From the human T2T-CHM13v2.0 reference genome, Homo sapiens, in the NCBI RefSeq assembly GCF_009914755.1, contig NC_060937.1: DNA of 64,000 nucleotides, one strand, 5' to 3'. Under the pieces are notes generated by a model. That model made no database searches, was not told the DNA's origin, and saw only the letters and a program-made list of their open reading frames with translations. Positions 41,758-57,724 of this stretch are shown one piece after another. The translations under genes were made by a program, and so were the position numbers. Each line of letters opens with the position of its first letter. The first letter of the stretch is position 1.

Positions 41758-43304
41758 TTATCGCTTATGTAGAGAAAGTTACAGTGGTCTGGATAGATCA
41801 AACCAGCTACAACATTCCCTTAAACCAAAGGCTAATCCAGAGCAAGGCCCTAACTCTTTTCAATTCTCTGAAGACTGAGAGAGATGAGGAAGCTGTAGAA
41901 GACAAGTTGGAGGCTAGGAGAGGTTGGTTCATGAGGTTTAAGTAAAGAAGCCATCTCCATAACAAAAAATTGCAAAGTGAAGCAGCACGTGCTGATGTAA
42001 AAGCTGCAGCAAGTTATCCAGAAAATCTGGCTAAGATCATTGATGAAGGTAGCTACACTAAATAACAGCTATTTAATGTAGGCAAAACAAACAGCCTTCT
42101 ATTGGAAGGAGATGCCATCTAGGACTTTTCATAGCTAGAGTGGAGAAGTCAACACTCGCTTCAAAGCTTCAAAGGGCAAGCTGACTCTTGTTAGGGGCTA
42201 ATGCAGCTGATGGCTTTAAGTTGAAGCCAATGCTTATTTGCCATTCCAGAAATCTAAGGGCCCTTAAGAATTATGCTAAATCTATTCTGCCTATGCTATA
42301 CAAATGGAACAACACAACCTGGATGACAGTGTCTTAGATTACAGCAGAGATGACTGAAGCACTTAAGCCCACTGTTGATACTTACTGATCAGGAAAAAAA
42401 TAATACTCTTTTCTAAATATTACTGCTCACTGACAAGGCACCTGGTCACCCAAGAGGTCTGATGGAGATGTAAAGTAGATAAACATTGTTTCATTCCTGC
42501 TAATAGAACATCTATTCCCATAGATCAAGGGGTCATTTTTACTTTCAAGTCTTATTATTTAAGAACTATATTTCATAAGACTGTAGCTGCCATAGATAGT
42601 GATTTTGCTAATGGATCTGGGCAAAGTAAATGGAAAACCTTCTGGAAAAAATTCAGCCTACCAGATGCCAATAAGAACATTCATGATTCATAAGAGGAGG
42701 TCAAAATATCATCATTAGCAAGAGTTAGTACTTGATTCCAACCCTCTTCGGTGAGTTTGAGAAGTTCAACACCTCAGTGGTGGAAGTAACTGCAGATGTA
42801 GTGGAAATAACAAGATAGCTAGAATTAGAAGTAGAGCCTGAAGTTGTGACTGAGTTGCTGTGATTTCCCGATAAAATTTAAATGCATGAGAGTTGGTTCT
42901 TATGAAGGATCAAAGAAAGTGGTTTCTTGAGATATAATCTACTTCTGGTGAAGATGCTGTGAAGTGTTGAAACAACAACAAAAGGATGGATAGTATTACA
43001 TAAACTTAGTTGCTAAAGCAGCAGCAGCGTTTGAGAAAATTAACTCCAATTTTCAAAGAAGGTCTACACTAAGTAAAATGCTATCAAACATCGTACACTA
43101 CAGAGAAATCTTTTGTGAAAGGAAGAGTCCATCTATGTCACAAACTTCATTGTTGTCTTATTTTAAGTAATCACCACAGCCACCCCAACCTTCAGCAACC
43201 ACCACCCTGATCAGTCAGCCGTTATCAACATTGAGGCAAGATCCTCCAGTAGCAATCAGATTATGACTCACTAAGGACTTAGATGATTTTTAGGATTTTT
43301 TTAA

Positions 43305-43710
<406 letters not shown>

Positions 43711-43844
43711 TAAACATAACTTTTATAAACTCTGGGAAACAAACAAAACAAACAACCTTGTGTGACTTGCTTTATTGTGATATTCACTTTTTTGTGGTGG
43801 TCTGGAAATAAAGCTGCGATATCTCTGAAGTATGCCTGTTGTCA

Positions 43845-44380
43845 TTTCTCTATTGATAGGTATTTTTGTTGATACCATTTACTACAATGTGGTAACCAAT
43901 ATTACAACAGATACATTTATCTATGTCCTTTCAGACTCATAGTTTAATTTTTTTGTAGATTCCCACAGTAGGACTCCATAAAGGTAATTTTGCAAAATTT
44001 AATTATTAAAGATACCTCTAGTTTACTTTCCCGAAATGTTTAGTAGGTCATCCTCCTACCATTAATATATTTGAATTTCTGTTGCTCCACACTCTTGACA
44101 ATAATGGACATCACCAATCCTTTTAATATTTACCAACACAAAAGGTTTAGAATTAGAATTAGGATTCAAGCAAAAAATTGTATCTCACAATTGTTTTGTT
44201 TTGCATTTCTCTGCCTGCTAATGAAATTAAGTCAATCCATTGTGTATTTGCATATCTTCTTTAAGAATTGCTTTTCATTTTGCCATTTTTTGTATTTAAT
44301 GTTTAGGAGTTCTTTGTATGTTAGGAATATTTTTCATTCATAAATGATGCATATATTATTCTCCCAGATATATCTTATAT
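43845..44380 (-). mobile_element. Old L1ME fragment
   Basis: ctgttgctccacactcttgacaataatgg...tgtatctcac...ttgcatttctctg...aggagttctttgtatg. Confidence 0.6.
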
Positions 44381-44660
44381 TTCGTATTTTCTAAATTCCT
44401 TTTGGCCAATTACTGCCTCTTAGAACCTGCCTCCCAATCCCTTTTTGCTAGCAACCCAGGCATAGCATATAATAATGTATCCATTGAGATTTAATAAGTT
44501 TATTTAACAACTTCAACCAACATCAATCAATGATATTTGGACATATGGCTAGACTAACCATGCAACTAATTATTGTAGAGTAGTACATTTGATATCCTAA
44601 AATGACTGCTGGATTAAGTGAGGCAATTTCTTTTTAGGCCAAACTTAGCTCCCAGGTTAA

Positions 44661-44915
44661 ATACTTATACCCTACTGGTGGGAATATAAATTACAACCAC
44701 TATGGAAAACACTATGGAGGTTTCTCAAAGAACTAAAAATAGATCTACCATTTGATCCAGCGATCCCACTACTTTGGGATTCTACCCAAAGGAAAAGAAG
44801 TGATTATGTCAAATAGATACCTGCATGCTCATGTTTATCACAGCACAATTTGCAATTGCAAAGGCCTAAGTGCCCATCAATTGATGAGTGGATAAAGAAA
44901 ATGTGATATACATAC

Positions 44916-44946
<31 letters not shown>

Positions 44947-45330
44947 TACACCATGGGCTACTACTCAGCCATAAAAAGGAATGAAATAATGTCTTTTGCA
45001 GCAACTTGCATGGAACTGGAGGACATTACCTTAAGTGAAGCAACTCAGGAATGGACAACAAAAAAAAAACATATGTTCTCACTTTAAGTGGGAGCTAAGC
45101 TATGGGTATGCAATGGCATACAGAGCAGTATAACGGACATTGGAGACTGAGAAGCAGGGAGAATGGAATGGGAGCCAGGACTGAAAACTTACCTGTTGGA
45201 TACAATGTACACTATTTGGGTGACTGGTACACTAAATGTCCAGACTTAACCACTATACAATTCATCTATGTAAACAAAAATCACTTGTACCGCTGAAATA
45301 CAAAATAAATAGATAAAAATAACACACAAA
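44661..45330 (+). mobile_element. L1PB (PB3/4-like) 3' fragment with a ~20-bp TSD
   Basis: ORF2 end and L1PB 3'UTR (gggagctaagctatgggtatgc). TSD aaacttagctcccaggttaa (44641-44660) / aaacttagctcctaggtcaa (45332-45351). Internal (TA)n(CA)n at ~44906-44950. Confidence 0.92.
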
Positions 45331-45521
45331 CAAACTTAGCTCCTAGGTCAATGCCCACTTTTACCTCTAGCTTCACCCCTGCTTAGTTTCAACAAAGAGA
45401 GGACTTCCCAGAATGCATTTGAGCCCAAAGATAATGTGTGAAACTATAGCTGTAAAGAATATTTGAGAAAAAATATGGGGGAAAGAACCTAAAGGGAAGC
45501 TTTTGGCCTGCGCATGTGTGA

Positions 45522-45571
45522 ACACGCACACACACACGCACACACACACACACGCACACACACATACACAC
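45522..45571. repeat. Interrupted (CA)n microsatellite
   Basis: acacgcacacacacacgcacacac... Confidence 0.9.
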
Positions 45572-46289
45572 CAATGCAGAGCAGTGTTTTAATTCTAGCA
45601 CAGATCTGCCCACTATATGTTACGTAGACCCTGACTTTGTTGATTCAGCAAAGGTAGAAGATTTAAAATCACACAAAGGAAAAGCCTAGAGAAATACATA
45701 AAGCTAGCAAACATTTGCACTGTAAACATCAAGAGGAAACTGAGTTTGTGTGATGGGAAAGAAAGGTTTAAGATCTTCATTCTAGCAAAATTCACAGTGA
45801 TTTCTTGGATTTGAGAAACTGTTTAGATTGAGGTAGGATTTGGAGAGTTTGTCTGAATGAGGGAAGAAAGTAAACTAAAAAACTGCAGGTGTAGGGTTTA
45901 TTTCATCATGGGAGTTTGAAAAGAAACAATTGGAATATAGATAAACCAGGGTGCTCTGAAGAAAGATTTTGAGGTTTGAAATAGAGCAGATAAGACTTAT
46001 CCATCCCATCAGAGAGAATTAAGATCTGGGTCACCACCATGCAGGCTCAGTTAGTTTCATCCGCAGCCTATGGAGTCACTTGCATCCCTACCAGCAATTC
46101 CCCCTCAGAACGGGTCTATAGAAACCCCATGAGTTCTGCCATAGAAAAACATTACTTCAGTGAAGTACGTTTATTAATTAGATGCCACTGACTAAGTAAT
46201 GTATTCCAAATGGAAGACTCCCTTTACTTGATAAGTTATATGTATAGGAAAAGATCAAATTCTAAAATGCCATAGAACTGAATAAAATA

Positions 46290-46590
46290 CAGCAAAAAAA
46301 ATTTTTTAAAAATGTTTAAACAAAGGGAGAAAATGCTCATGATATGTGTAGTGAAAATAGCAGAATTAAAAAAACTGTATATGGACTGACTTTATTTCAG
46401 TAAAGGACACATATATTTTGTATACAGAAGTGAAGAAAAAAAATGAAAAGAAAATACCACCAAATGTCACCAGTGGTTAACTCAATAGGACTGTCAGTGA
46501 CTTTTATTTTCTTCTTTATAGTTCCCTGCATTTTATAAATAAGTTTAAGATGAACATGTATTATTTTTTAAATTAGAAAAAGCTATTTTA
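46290..46590 (+). mobile_element. L1ME 3' fragment
   Basis: ggagaaaatgctcatgata...aaataccaccaaatgtcaccagtggtta...gacttttattttcttcttt. Confidence 0.6.
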
Positions 46591-46893
46591 AAGAAATACC
46601 TTTTTATGATATATTTTAACTGTTTTTTTGACTAGTATGATTCTCAGTCATGTTTTCTCCTTATTTTCTCTCAGCTCATTAATCCGAAGTCCTTTCCATT
46701 CCCGTAGCTCTCATTCCTACACGATCTTGACTGCCTCTGGAGGGGAGTAGGAAAATGGCGTTTCTATTTTCTTTACTCCCAACATTTCTGTACTATCTAA
46801 CCTATAGCAAAAACAAATGAAATAGAAAGAAAAAACTATAAAAACCGCTTTCAGATACAAATTTTACTACCCTATATTCGTTTTTACCCATGA

Positions 46894-47288
<395 letters not shown>

Positions 47289-48154
47289 AAGCATATTTCA
47301 AAATGCCTGTGCATGTTTTAACATAGTATTAAGTTTAAAAGTGATCAAAGGCTTTAAATAGAAATATGTGAAGGGATTTAATCACATGGAAAATTCATGC
47401 TGGGTTGATAGTCTCTGTGTAATTTTGTGGCCCTCGATTAGCTATTATTATTATTTAAATTATGAATGACATGGTGAAATTTGTCTCTTTATAAAATTGA
47501 GGTGCACTTAATGGTGTTTCTGCCTTTTGTCACACACTTGCAACTTGACACAGGAGAAATGGACAGATTATTGACTATAACTTCACCCACACAAATATTG
47601 AACTTTTGTACATATTGTTATGAATCAAATTCACTGATAGGGTTTCCCAAACCACCGGGAAAAGGAGGTGAGATAAAATCATGGTTCTTTTCTCATCTAC
47701 AACAAAAATATGGGTCTTACTACCAGATATTTTGCTTACATTGGGGAATTTTCAGACAAAAAACAAATCCGATCTTATTGGCTCTTCCTCAAAGGATCAT
47801 CAGACAGTGTGTGTGTCGGAACTACTGGAATAGCTAATAAGTGGTAGAACCTAAATGTGAACTGGGCATTCTGACTCCAGAGTTCTCACACTTCATCCCT
47901 ACACTTTAAGGATGAACAAACCCACAATAACCTGTGACACACTTTCTACCGCTATTTGCATATACCAGGATTTTGCTTTAACCATGAGGACAACTTTCTA
48001 ATAGTGAAATTTCTAACACCAGTGAAAGTGCTGATAGGTTCCTTAGATTAAATCAAAGTACTCGTTATTTGTCTCACAATTGAGAAACATTAGCCCTGGT
48101 CACTGAATAATGAATATAATTTATTTTTATTTCCCATTGACTAGAAAATACACA

Positions 48155-48600
48155 TTTCTCAACTTTTTGTGGAAGTGTAAATCACATTCAAAAATACATA
48201 AATCATAAGTGTTTGACTTGATAAAGTATCATAAAGTGAACTACCCCATGTGATCACTATCCAGGGCAAGAAAGAACATTGCCAGCCCCCAGAATCCCCC
48301 CTCAAGCAACCACCTAATCCCTTCTCTCTTCTTCCCCTGAAAAGTAACCACTATCTTTACTTCTAACACCATAGATTAGTTTTGTCTGTTTTTTAACTTT
48401 ATTTAAGTGAAAACGTACAACGGGTATTATCTTGAGTCTGGCTTCCTCTACCCAGCATTATTATGTTTGTGAAATTGATCCCTGTTGTTAGAGGCAGCTG
48501 TAACTCATTTATTCTTAGGTATATGTTAATAGTATTCCATGAAGAAATATGTAACAATTAACTCTGTTTACCCAGTCTGCAAATAACAGATATTTGAGTT
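48155..48600 (-). mobile_element. L1ME/MC 3'UTR fragment
   Basis: aaagtgaactaccccatgtg...aagaacattgccagcccccaga...gtaaccactatc...tagattagttttgtctgttttt. Confidence 0.75.
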
Positions 48601-49559
48601 AGATATCAACACAGTTTTTTAAAGTTATTTCTGGTCAAGATACAAATACAGATTGGACATAACATGTGAGGAATTACCACCAAATGAAATATAATCTCCA
48701 CCCATTTATCTCTCACAGGCAAATTAGAATAAAGGCACATGAAGTCCTTAAACACTGAGTTAGAACTTAGGCAGATTCTGACTGAGGGAGGCTAAGATTT
48801 GGCATGACAGGAATACGGGGGTTGTCAGGTGAAGGATTGAGAGTGGGAGGGATAGCGGCAGGCCCCCATGAGGGTACCAGAGTAGTTCAAGAACTTCAGT
48901 CATAGTAGATTTGTAGCCATGGTGAAGGTGGGGAAAATGAAGTTCAATGAAACAGATGGGAAAAAGTCTTCAGCAAAGTACTCAGATAGTATTGTGATAA
49001 GACAGCAAAGTCCTCATGACAGTATTATGATAAGGCAGTGCCATGGTTCTGGGTGATGAGCAGTTTAGTATAAGACCCATACCAGAAACTTCAGGTGTGG
49101 GGCAATGACTGCCAACTCCAATACCATGGGGAACGTGATCTAGGGAAAGTGAGAAACGGTTTCATAGCCCTTGTCCTAGAGGCTACAGGTTCAGTGCAAC
49201 TCTACAGAGGTCATCTAGAACTAGGCAAGGAATATAAAGCAACATGGTAGGAGGTAAAGAATAATGGGATCTGCAGATTAAATGGTTGCCAAGACTTCCC
49301 TCCCAGCTCTGTCAGCATTCATTCTGATTGGTTAGTGCTCAGCTGTGCAACCTGTTAATACGTTGCTTATCATTCTTTTGGCTTCCAGCAGGTGAGAAGC
49401 ACAGGTGGAATCAACATTTTTTAAATTTATCCAAAATTGTACTGCTGAAATCTCAAGTTGGAGGAAACTATCAATAGACTCTTGCTTGTCTTTGCCTTTG
49501 ATCTTTACCTTTTGTGTGAATTGGATTTTAATGAGAAGAAGTAGAGAAAAATAAAATTT

Positions 49560-49685
49560 AATAAGGAGTCAGTGTATCTAGGTTCTGGTTTTAGTTCTAC
49601 CCCTGAGGTAACTAACTGCTTTTGCACAAATCAGTCTTGAGTTTCCTGAACAAAATGACAGTTGGAACAAATGATCTCCAGCTTG
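49560..49685 (+). mobile_element. MIR3/MIRc fragment
   Basis: ggagtcag...ctaggttctgg...gtttcct...aaaatga...ttggaacaaatgatctc. Confidence 0.5.
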
Positions 49686-51887
49686 ATAAGTCTACAACCA
49701 GTCCCTGATGTTTCCTGCCATCTCCTGCCTCCAAGGCAAGCATTGAGAATAAGTGTGTGTGTTCGTGTGTGCAAACATGTGAGTGTGCACACACATTGCC
49801 CATACTTTATATATGTGAAGTAAAATCTGCTTGGAAGTACGGGAAAAGTTGAAAATAGTTAAATAAGCACTTTTAGATGATATCTGGGCCTCTTGGGATG
49901 GTAAAAGAATTTCCTTCATTTTCTGCAATTGCTAAAAGTACAAATAGGAATTCCTTTAAAATTCACTTTTTGTCAATTACATATATCCCTTTCACTTCTA
50001 ACACCTAGGACTCTAAAGTATATGTGACAACTCTGATTAGAGCAACAGAGGGAAGGACAAAGCTTTTCTGAATTATATCATTTCACAGAAGAGGCATTCC
50101 TTGTGGCCTACAAGCGCTGCAGGATAAACACTAATCATGACTCTGCCTCAACCCTGTGAAAACTGACTCATGAATAAATCGGACCAGTTTGCCTCTAATT
50201 ATAGAAATGAGGCATATCTTTCTTAGAACAAGCCTTGGAAAGTATAGAATTAAACTTTGATCTAGAGAAACAAGGTCACAAAATACACTATTGCCTTACA
50301 CATAGTTTGTGCTCAATAATTATTTACTAATTAGTTATTTGATAGCAGTGGATCTTTTGGCCTGATTAATCCTGATATTGCTTTAAACCTCTACTCTGTC
50401 CATGTAGCTATTAGAATGTAAGATCTCCCACAAATTAAATAGCAATACTTCAAAAAGGCAGTGTTGGCCTATATCTCAAAATCAAACTATACATGAAAAA
50501 TACAAGATAGAACCTTGAAATTCAGATCTACCAGGAAGGCATGTTTGCTTTTTAACTGACATAAAACACCTCCCCTCAACCACCTTTCCCTCGTCGAGAT
50601 AGGTAACATTTTAAAATCCTTTTTTTAGCCGCAAATTGCTCATATGTGTTTGTTTAAGGCCACTTGACTTCATAGTCCATTCAAAATGCAGTTCAAAGAC
50701 ACTCACCTGAATCCATTTCCTCTAAACAATGAGCCTAGTTTGACTTTGGAAAGAGAAATATTGAAGAATCTTCTAGGGAGGCTTTGAACACTGCCCAGGG
50801 AAAGGGCACCTTCAGGGAATGGTTAAGTACTTTGAAAACCCTAAGGAGCTTTGTAGCTAAGGATGACCTTCTAACCTCTCAACAGCTTTTTGCAAACAAA
50901 ATCTTTCAAGCTTCATCTAAAAGACGGGTGAGCAACAATTTGAAGAATGAGGTTTTCCTTTGTGTCAGATTATAGAGCTCAGCAGTTCTAACCTTTTTGT
51001 TCTATTATATTTCTGATCTAAATAAGGAATTATTTATTACCAGAAAATGGTGGTATTCAGATCACAAGTCTCCGCTGAGCATTGACTTTGATCCTCAACC
51101 ATATGTAGAGATTTAGGGAAGAGAATGCTGCTTATCTGGAAAGAATCCTAAGATCCACTCTGAGAAGTTTTCTGTCCAGGCAAAATGCACTCAGGGATCT
51201 GAGCGTTGACACTGAACCTGTCTTACAACTTCTTGATTTTAATTTGTTTTTGTAACGTACATTTCCCCAGTAGATTGATGTTTCATTTTTCATGTAGATG
51301 AAATTTCTTCTCCATGCCAAGAAAAAAATTGATTTACTAAAATTTTAATTCAATGCAAGTTTCTGACAAAATCGCCGAGGGATTTGTTTATATTCTTCCT
51401 TTAATATGACCTGGTGATAGTCTAGAGAGAATTTCATGCAAGAGAAAACAGTATCCTAGGAATGGACATGTTATACACTATTTCACTCTTCTCCCACAAG
51501 GAATTGGGGGGCTATTGTTAAAACTAAGCCCGAAAAGATATTTAAATATTAAAGTATCTGGAAAATTTTTGCTTTTAAAAGCAACATTTAATACACTTTG
51601 AATGCTGTTTCGAGAGCAGGGTTTTGCTTGTGTTCTGGGAAAATCAACCTAATAGCCCTTTCAGTTTTTAAATATAAAGACCCTCTTCTGAAGTAGAACT
51701 ATTTGAGGCTAGCAGCTACAAAGAGCTAAACTGCTCTGGGTATAACATATAAAATTGCCTTGGTGTAGACAACGTTGGATCTCTGCAAGTTATGCTTTCT
51801 TCAGAGAAATGTTATTTTTCTCATTATGGATTGAGTCTTCTCTGTGCCTGTTCTGGGAGTCTGGGAGGGATGGAGGTAGCAACAGAA

Positions 51888-52068
51888 GGAAAGAGAAATA
51901 GGGAAAGAAAGGGAGCAAGGAAGAGAGACAGAGAGACAGACAGACAGGGACAGACAGAAAGAGACAGAAGAAAACAGAGAGACAGAGGTAAACAGAGACA
52001 GAGAGAGGGAGACAGAGAGTTACAGAGAGAGTCAGACAGAGATAGAGGTAGAGGGAGAATAAGAGGGA
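51888..52068. repeat. (GA)n/(GACA)n compound purine-rich repeat
   Basis: gagagacagagagacagacagacagggacag... Confidence 0.9.
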
Positions 52069-52554
52069 ATCAGTAGCTGACAGGAAATCTGTATCTGTGG
52101 GCCCAAGGCTGAAGGAATAATTAATTGTCTTCAGAGGAGACTGTGAGACATGGAGAAATATCTTGGCTATCTATACTGGGAAATGGAGGCTCAAAATCAT
52201 TATAATTTCAATACCAAAGGAAACATAACCTCATTTAAATATACTTATACTTTTTATTCTGAAGAGTTGATGAAACTGAGACATACACTGTTACATATCA
52301 AAGGAAAAAATATTCTCATTGTTACAGAGCTTTTTACCAAATTAATGTTTGATCTGTGTTAGAAGATAGTTTTGCATTTGTGTTGTAAGTAACATTTAGT
52401 CTGATATTTTAATTGATTACATTGAGCAGACTTTAAAGTTGTAAAATATCTCTAAAAAATTGCTTGAGTTGAGGTTCTCATTACCTAATGTTTATCCTTT
52501 AATCTGTGGTTTATTTATTTAAAGGACATAATCATCTATAGTTACCCAGGTGGC

Positions 52555-53040
52555 TCAGTAAATATGTTTTGATTCCTGCAATGTGGCAGGAAATATGCTA
52601 GGTAAGTCCTGCCTTTTAGGAGCTCACAATTTCTTTGGCAGGCAGAAATGTGTACAAATAATTGCAAGACAGTGAGAAAAACATCATAACTGAGATAATC
52701 AAATATGGTCAGGAAGTCCTGAAGAGAGCAGTACTACATTACCCTGGAGTCCTTGGGAGCGGTGAGGGTTGGGGTAGGGGGCAGTGAGAGGTCAGGGAAG
52801 ATCTTCCAGAGGTAGGAATGGAGGAGTAGCATTACAAGGGCCAAGAAGGGGGAGTAAGGTGTTCTAAGACAGAAAATCATGATTGACACAGATGGTCATA
52901 AACATGCAAAGTATATGTGCAAACTTAGCTCTATTTGAGCACATCATTTTGTGGAGAGCCAGTAGCCAAGTAGGTAGTGGGACTAAATGGGGGCCAACAT
53001 GTCTGCAAACTTTGAAATAAGAATAAAAGTCCCTGTGGAG
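52555..53040 (-). mobile_element. L2 fragment
   Basis: cagtaaatatgttttgattcctgcaatgtggcagg...gtcctgccttttaggagctcacaat...gtcagggaagatcttccagagg. Confidence 0.6.
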
Positions 53041-53184
53041 CCAAATAGATGCCACCAAACCCAAAGCTAATTCTATAATATTCAATTTGCTTCTTACATA
53101 AAGAAGTCTACCACATTTTATTACTCATTTTCTAAATTTATGGTAGTGTAAAGCAACAAATAAGTTGCTATATAGAAGAACCCT

Positions 53185-53340
53185 TATAGCAATGAAGGGA
53201 CAACTCCTTATTCCCTTCTATTTATTGCTTGGGTGGTGATTACATGGGAGAATTAACTTTATGATGATTTATTAAATGATACACCTATGATTTGTGCTTT
53301 TTTCTATATGTGTGTTACATTCCAATAAAAAGTTGAAAAT
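53185..53340 (+). mobile_element. L1ME 3' end
   Basis: gggtggtgattacatggg...atttgtgcttttttctatatgtgtgttacattccaataaaaag. Confidence 0.65.
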
Positions 53341-53569
53341 GTGTTTTCTAATAAGTAGTAAATAAATTATACAAAGTATTCAATGATCAGGGCTAATGTC
53401 TTTCTAGTGTGAAATAGATAATGAGCACCTTGATTTGATGTGAGGACACCATCAACCTTTCCATTGGTGCCAGAAATTTTGCCATTAGAAATTGAGCCCT
53501 TGCAGTTAAGGCAAGATCCTGTTATATGCAAACACTCGTGTCATAGATTATTGTGGGACTGTTCATCTT

Positions 53570-54410
53570 TAGGGATGAAGTGTGAGAACTCTGGAGTCAG
53601 AATGCCCAGCTCCCATTCAGGTTCTACAACTTACTAGCTGTTCCAGTTACTTTTGCTATGTAACAGAATACCCCAAAACTCAATGATTTTTTTTCTTGCA
53701 GATTCTGTGAGTTAGGAATTTGTGGAAGTGTTCATCTCATTGATACTTTTGCCCTTTGTAGCACTGATTAAGGTCACTTGGTGATTCTCAGCTGGTGGGT
53801 GAGCTGATCTGGAAGGTCCAAGACAGCTTCATTCATGGTCGCATGTTTCGCACTGGAGATGAAATGACTCAAAGGCTAGGATTGCCAGCCAGAGCATCTA
53901 CATGTGACCTCCCCATGTTATTTGACTTCGACACAATGTAGCCATCTCAGGGTAATTAGAGTTCTCACTTTGCAGCTCAGAGCTTCAAGCACAAGTGTTT
54001 CAGTGACCAAGGCAGAAGCTACTGTGCCTCTTATCTTCCAGGTGTAGAAGTCCACAGGACATCAGCCAGATTTCTTTAGGAGGAGTCATCATAAACCCAC
54101 CTAGATTCAAAAGAAGGAAGGGACACAGACCCAAACCCTTTATGGGCAGAGTGGCAAGGTCACATTATGGAAGAACATGCAGGATGAGAAATGGTGGGGC
54201 TGTGATCATCTGTAAAAATTACCATCTGCCACACTTGCTGTGTGATCTTGGGCAAATCTTTCAAACTAAGACTTAGTTATTTCATTTGAAAAATGATGCT
54301 GATAATAATAGCCAACTCATGGGATAGCTTTAAGGATTGATGAGATAATACATATCAGGTGCTTAGTGCAGTGCCAGAGTCATAGTAACAGATCAGAAAC
54401 ACTTCCTATT
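53570..54410 (+). mobile_element. MIR split by an MLT1 insertion (MIR parts 53570-53638 and 54234-54410)
   Basis: ctctggagtcagaatgcc...acttactagc | tgtgtgatcttgggcaa...ttcatttgaaaaatg...cttagtgcagtgcc. Confidence 0.8.
53639..54233 (-). mobile_element. MLT1G-type MaLR solo LTR
   Basis: TG...CA ends (tgttccagttacttttgct...atctgccaca); 5-bp TSD ctagc/cttgc. Confidence 0.82.
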
Positions 54411-55434
54411 TACCTTCCTATTAAGGTGGCAGGAGCTGAGGAAAGTGGAAGAGGATAGAGAGGTGTCTCTAGAATAAATGTCAGAGATAAAGCCTGGATA
54501 AAAGGACACAGATGGAAGGAATAGGCAAGTCACACAACAAGGGATGATTTCTAAGATGACAAAGTGGCTCTGAAAACAATGATAGGCAAGGAATAAAAGC
54601 AAACTTTCTCAGTTTCCCAATCTTCCCTAGGATTGGCCTTGGTATTTTGTCAAGCAAGCAGTAGGGGATGACTTGTTTATAAAAGTCACTTTCATTAGAA
54701 ACACCAGATTGTCTTCATTCATGGGGTTACCAAGTAAAAATAAAAGGAGGACCCCTGTTATGACACATTCTGACACTGACAGCAAATAGTAATCTTTCAT
54801 AAGTCTCTAACCAAATGAACACCAACCTTTCTGGGCCATAACGGTACCCTGGGATTTGCCACCGAAATGGAAGCATGTAACAAACTTTAAGTAAAATAAA
54901 TGGATCTCTTCCAAACAACTCCCAGATGAACCAGGTAAAGGGGATCTGTACTACAGGATGTTTTATTAAAACGTAATGGAAAGAGCTGAAACCCCTTTGT
55001 CACTTGGCAGTTGTGAAAGAAACCTTTTTAGCAAATGACAAAAACAGGAAGTTATGTAAATTAACACTTGGCATGGTACTAAAGCAAGATTTTCAACCAA
55101 AAAACTGGTTTATCAAGCATCCATTGACTAAATTTTGTGCCCTTTTTTTTTAATTGCAAGAATACAGAAATATATGAAAAACTAAGTGGATAACAAATGT
55201 TATTGCAGATTCTGTACACGGATTTACTGCCACCCTTTCAGATTTTCAGTGAAGAAAACTTATTGAACACCTACTGGATACTAAATTTGAGTCCTGTGGA
55301 AAGCACAGCATCTCTACAGTGCCAATAAATAAACAAATTGAAGAATGGCAAAAATCATGGTAATTGTGACTCAATATTGGAGGAGTTGATTATAATCTTG
55401 AATTTTGACCTTTCAATGAACAGAAAAAAAAAAA

Positions 55435-55915
55435 CCTACAAATATTTACTCATTTCCTACCATGAGTACAAACCTTGCTATGCATGAGGAGGTATCAAAG
55501 TTGAATAAGATCAAACTGCTATTGTCATAAATGTCAAAGTCTTGTGGAGGAGACAGAGGGATATATCAATAACTTTATTATGAAGCTCATAAAAATGAAA
55601 TGTTATAATAGAGATAAAACATCATTCTTGCCAACATGGGTGTCGTTAACATAGAAAGTTTACTAGATAAAATAGGATTTGAATGGGAGCCTTAAAAAAA
55701 ATAGGTACTGCTGTGAAGGAATATTTAAGATATAGGAATATTTAAGTATACTGAGAAAATGGAGCAAGTTTCCAGAAGCAGAATACAGAGAATATTCTAG
55801 GAGGAATGAGCTGACTGCACTATGAGCTCCTTGAAGATAGGGATTGCTTTTGGTTATTTTCAACATTGCTGGTTCATGGTAGAAGCTCAATAAATGTTTA
55901 AAAAATGAATATTGG
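55435..55915. mobile_element. L2 fragments (minus ~55435-55800; plus-strand 3' end ~55810-55915)
   Basis: caaatatttactcatttcctacc...gaataagatc; tatgagctccttgaagataggg...catggtagaagctcaataaatgtt. Confidence 0.55.
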
Positions 55916-56329
55916 ACAATGTTCACTTGGCATTAGGCAATGGATATACAATTAAAACATTATATAGAGGCAACAATAAAAGAAATATTTCAATGTCCAG
56001 GCCAAAATTTCAGATATTATTTTATGAGATGATGTGATAGATTGATACTATAGGACAACTTAACCATATGTTACAAAATGAATGAGAACAAAAGGGAAGT
56101 TAGTGGCAGAGATGAACTTCTCCTCCGTTTATATCCCACCAACTAGGTCTGTTCTCACAGTGGGTATTCAGGAAGGGAGTTTACCTAATTCATTAAAATA
56201 AAAGAATGGTGTAACATACAAAGAGGTAAATTATCATAATTTCATTTTCAACTATGTTGTTAGACTTTCTCCACTATATTTTCGAACATCTCTGGACTCA
56301 ATCTAATTTATTTTTAAAAATAGCTAATT

Positions 56330-57533
<1,204 letters not shown>

Positions 57534-57724
57534 TTAATACAAAAGAAAGAAAATGTATAGATTTGAAATTAATTCCGGTATAATTATAGCAGTGAATACC
57601 TGACAAAGGCAAAGTAGATTTAACAAGCAGTTATTGAGTGACTTTCTACATTGCCCTTCATGATAGCAGTAAAGGAAGCCAAGAATACATAGCTGCTGCC
57701 ATCAGGCAGCACTTATTGTTGTTG

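Noticed and set aside
51792-52076. Arg/Glu/Asp-rich 94-aa ORF
   Set aside because: It is a translation of the (GA/GACA)n simple repeat.
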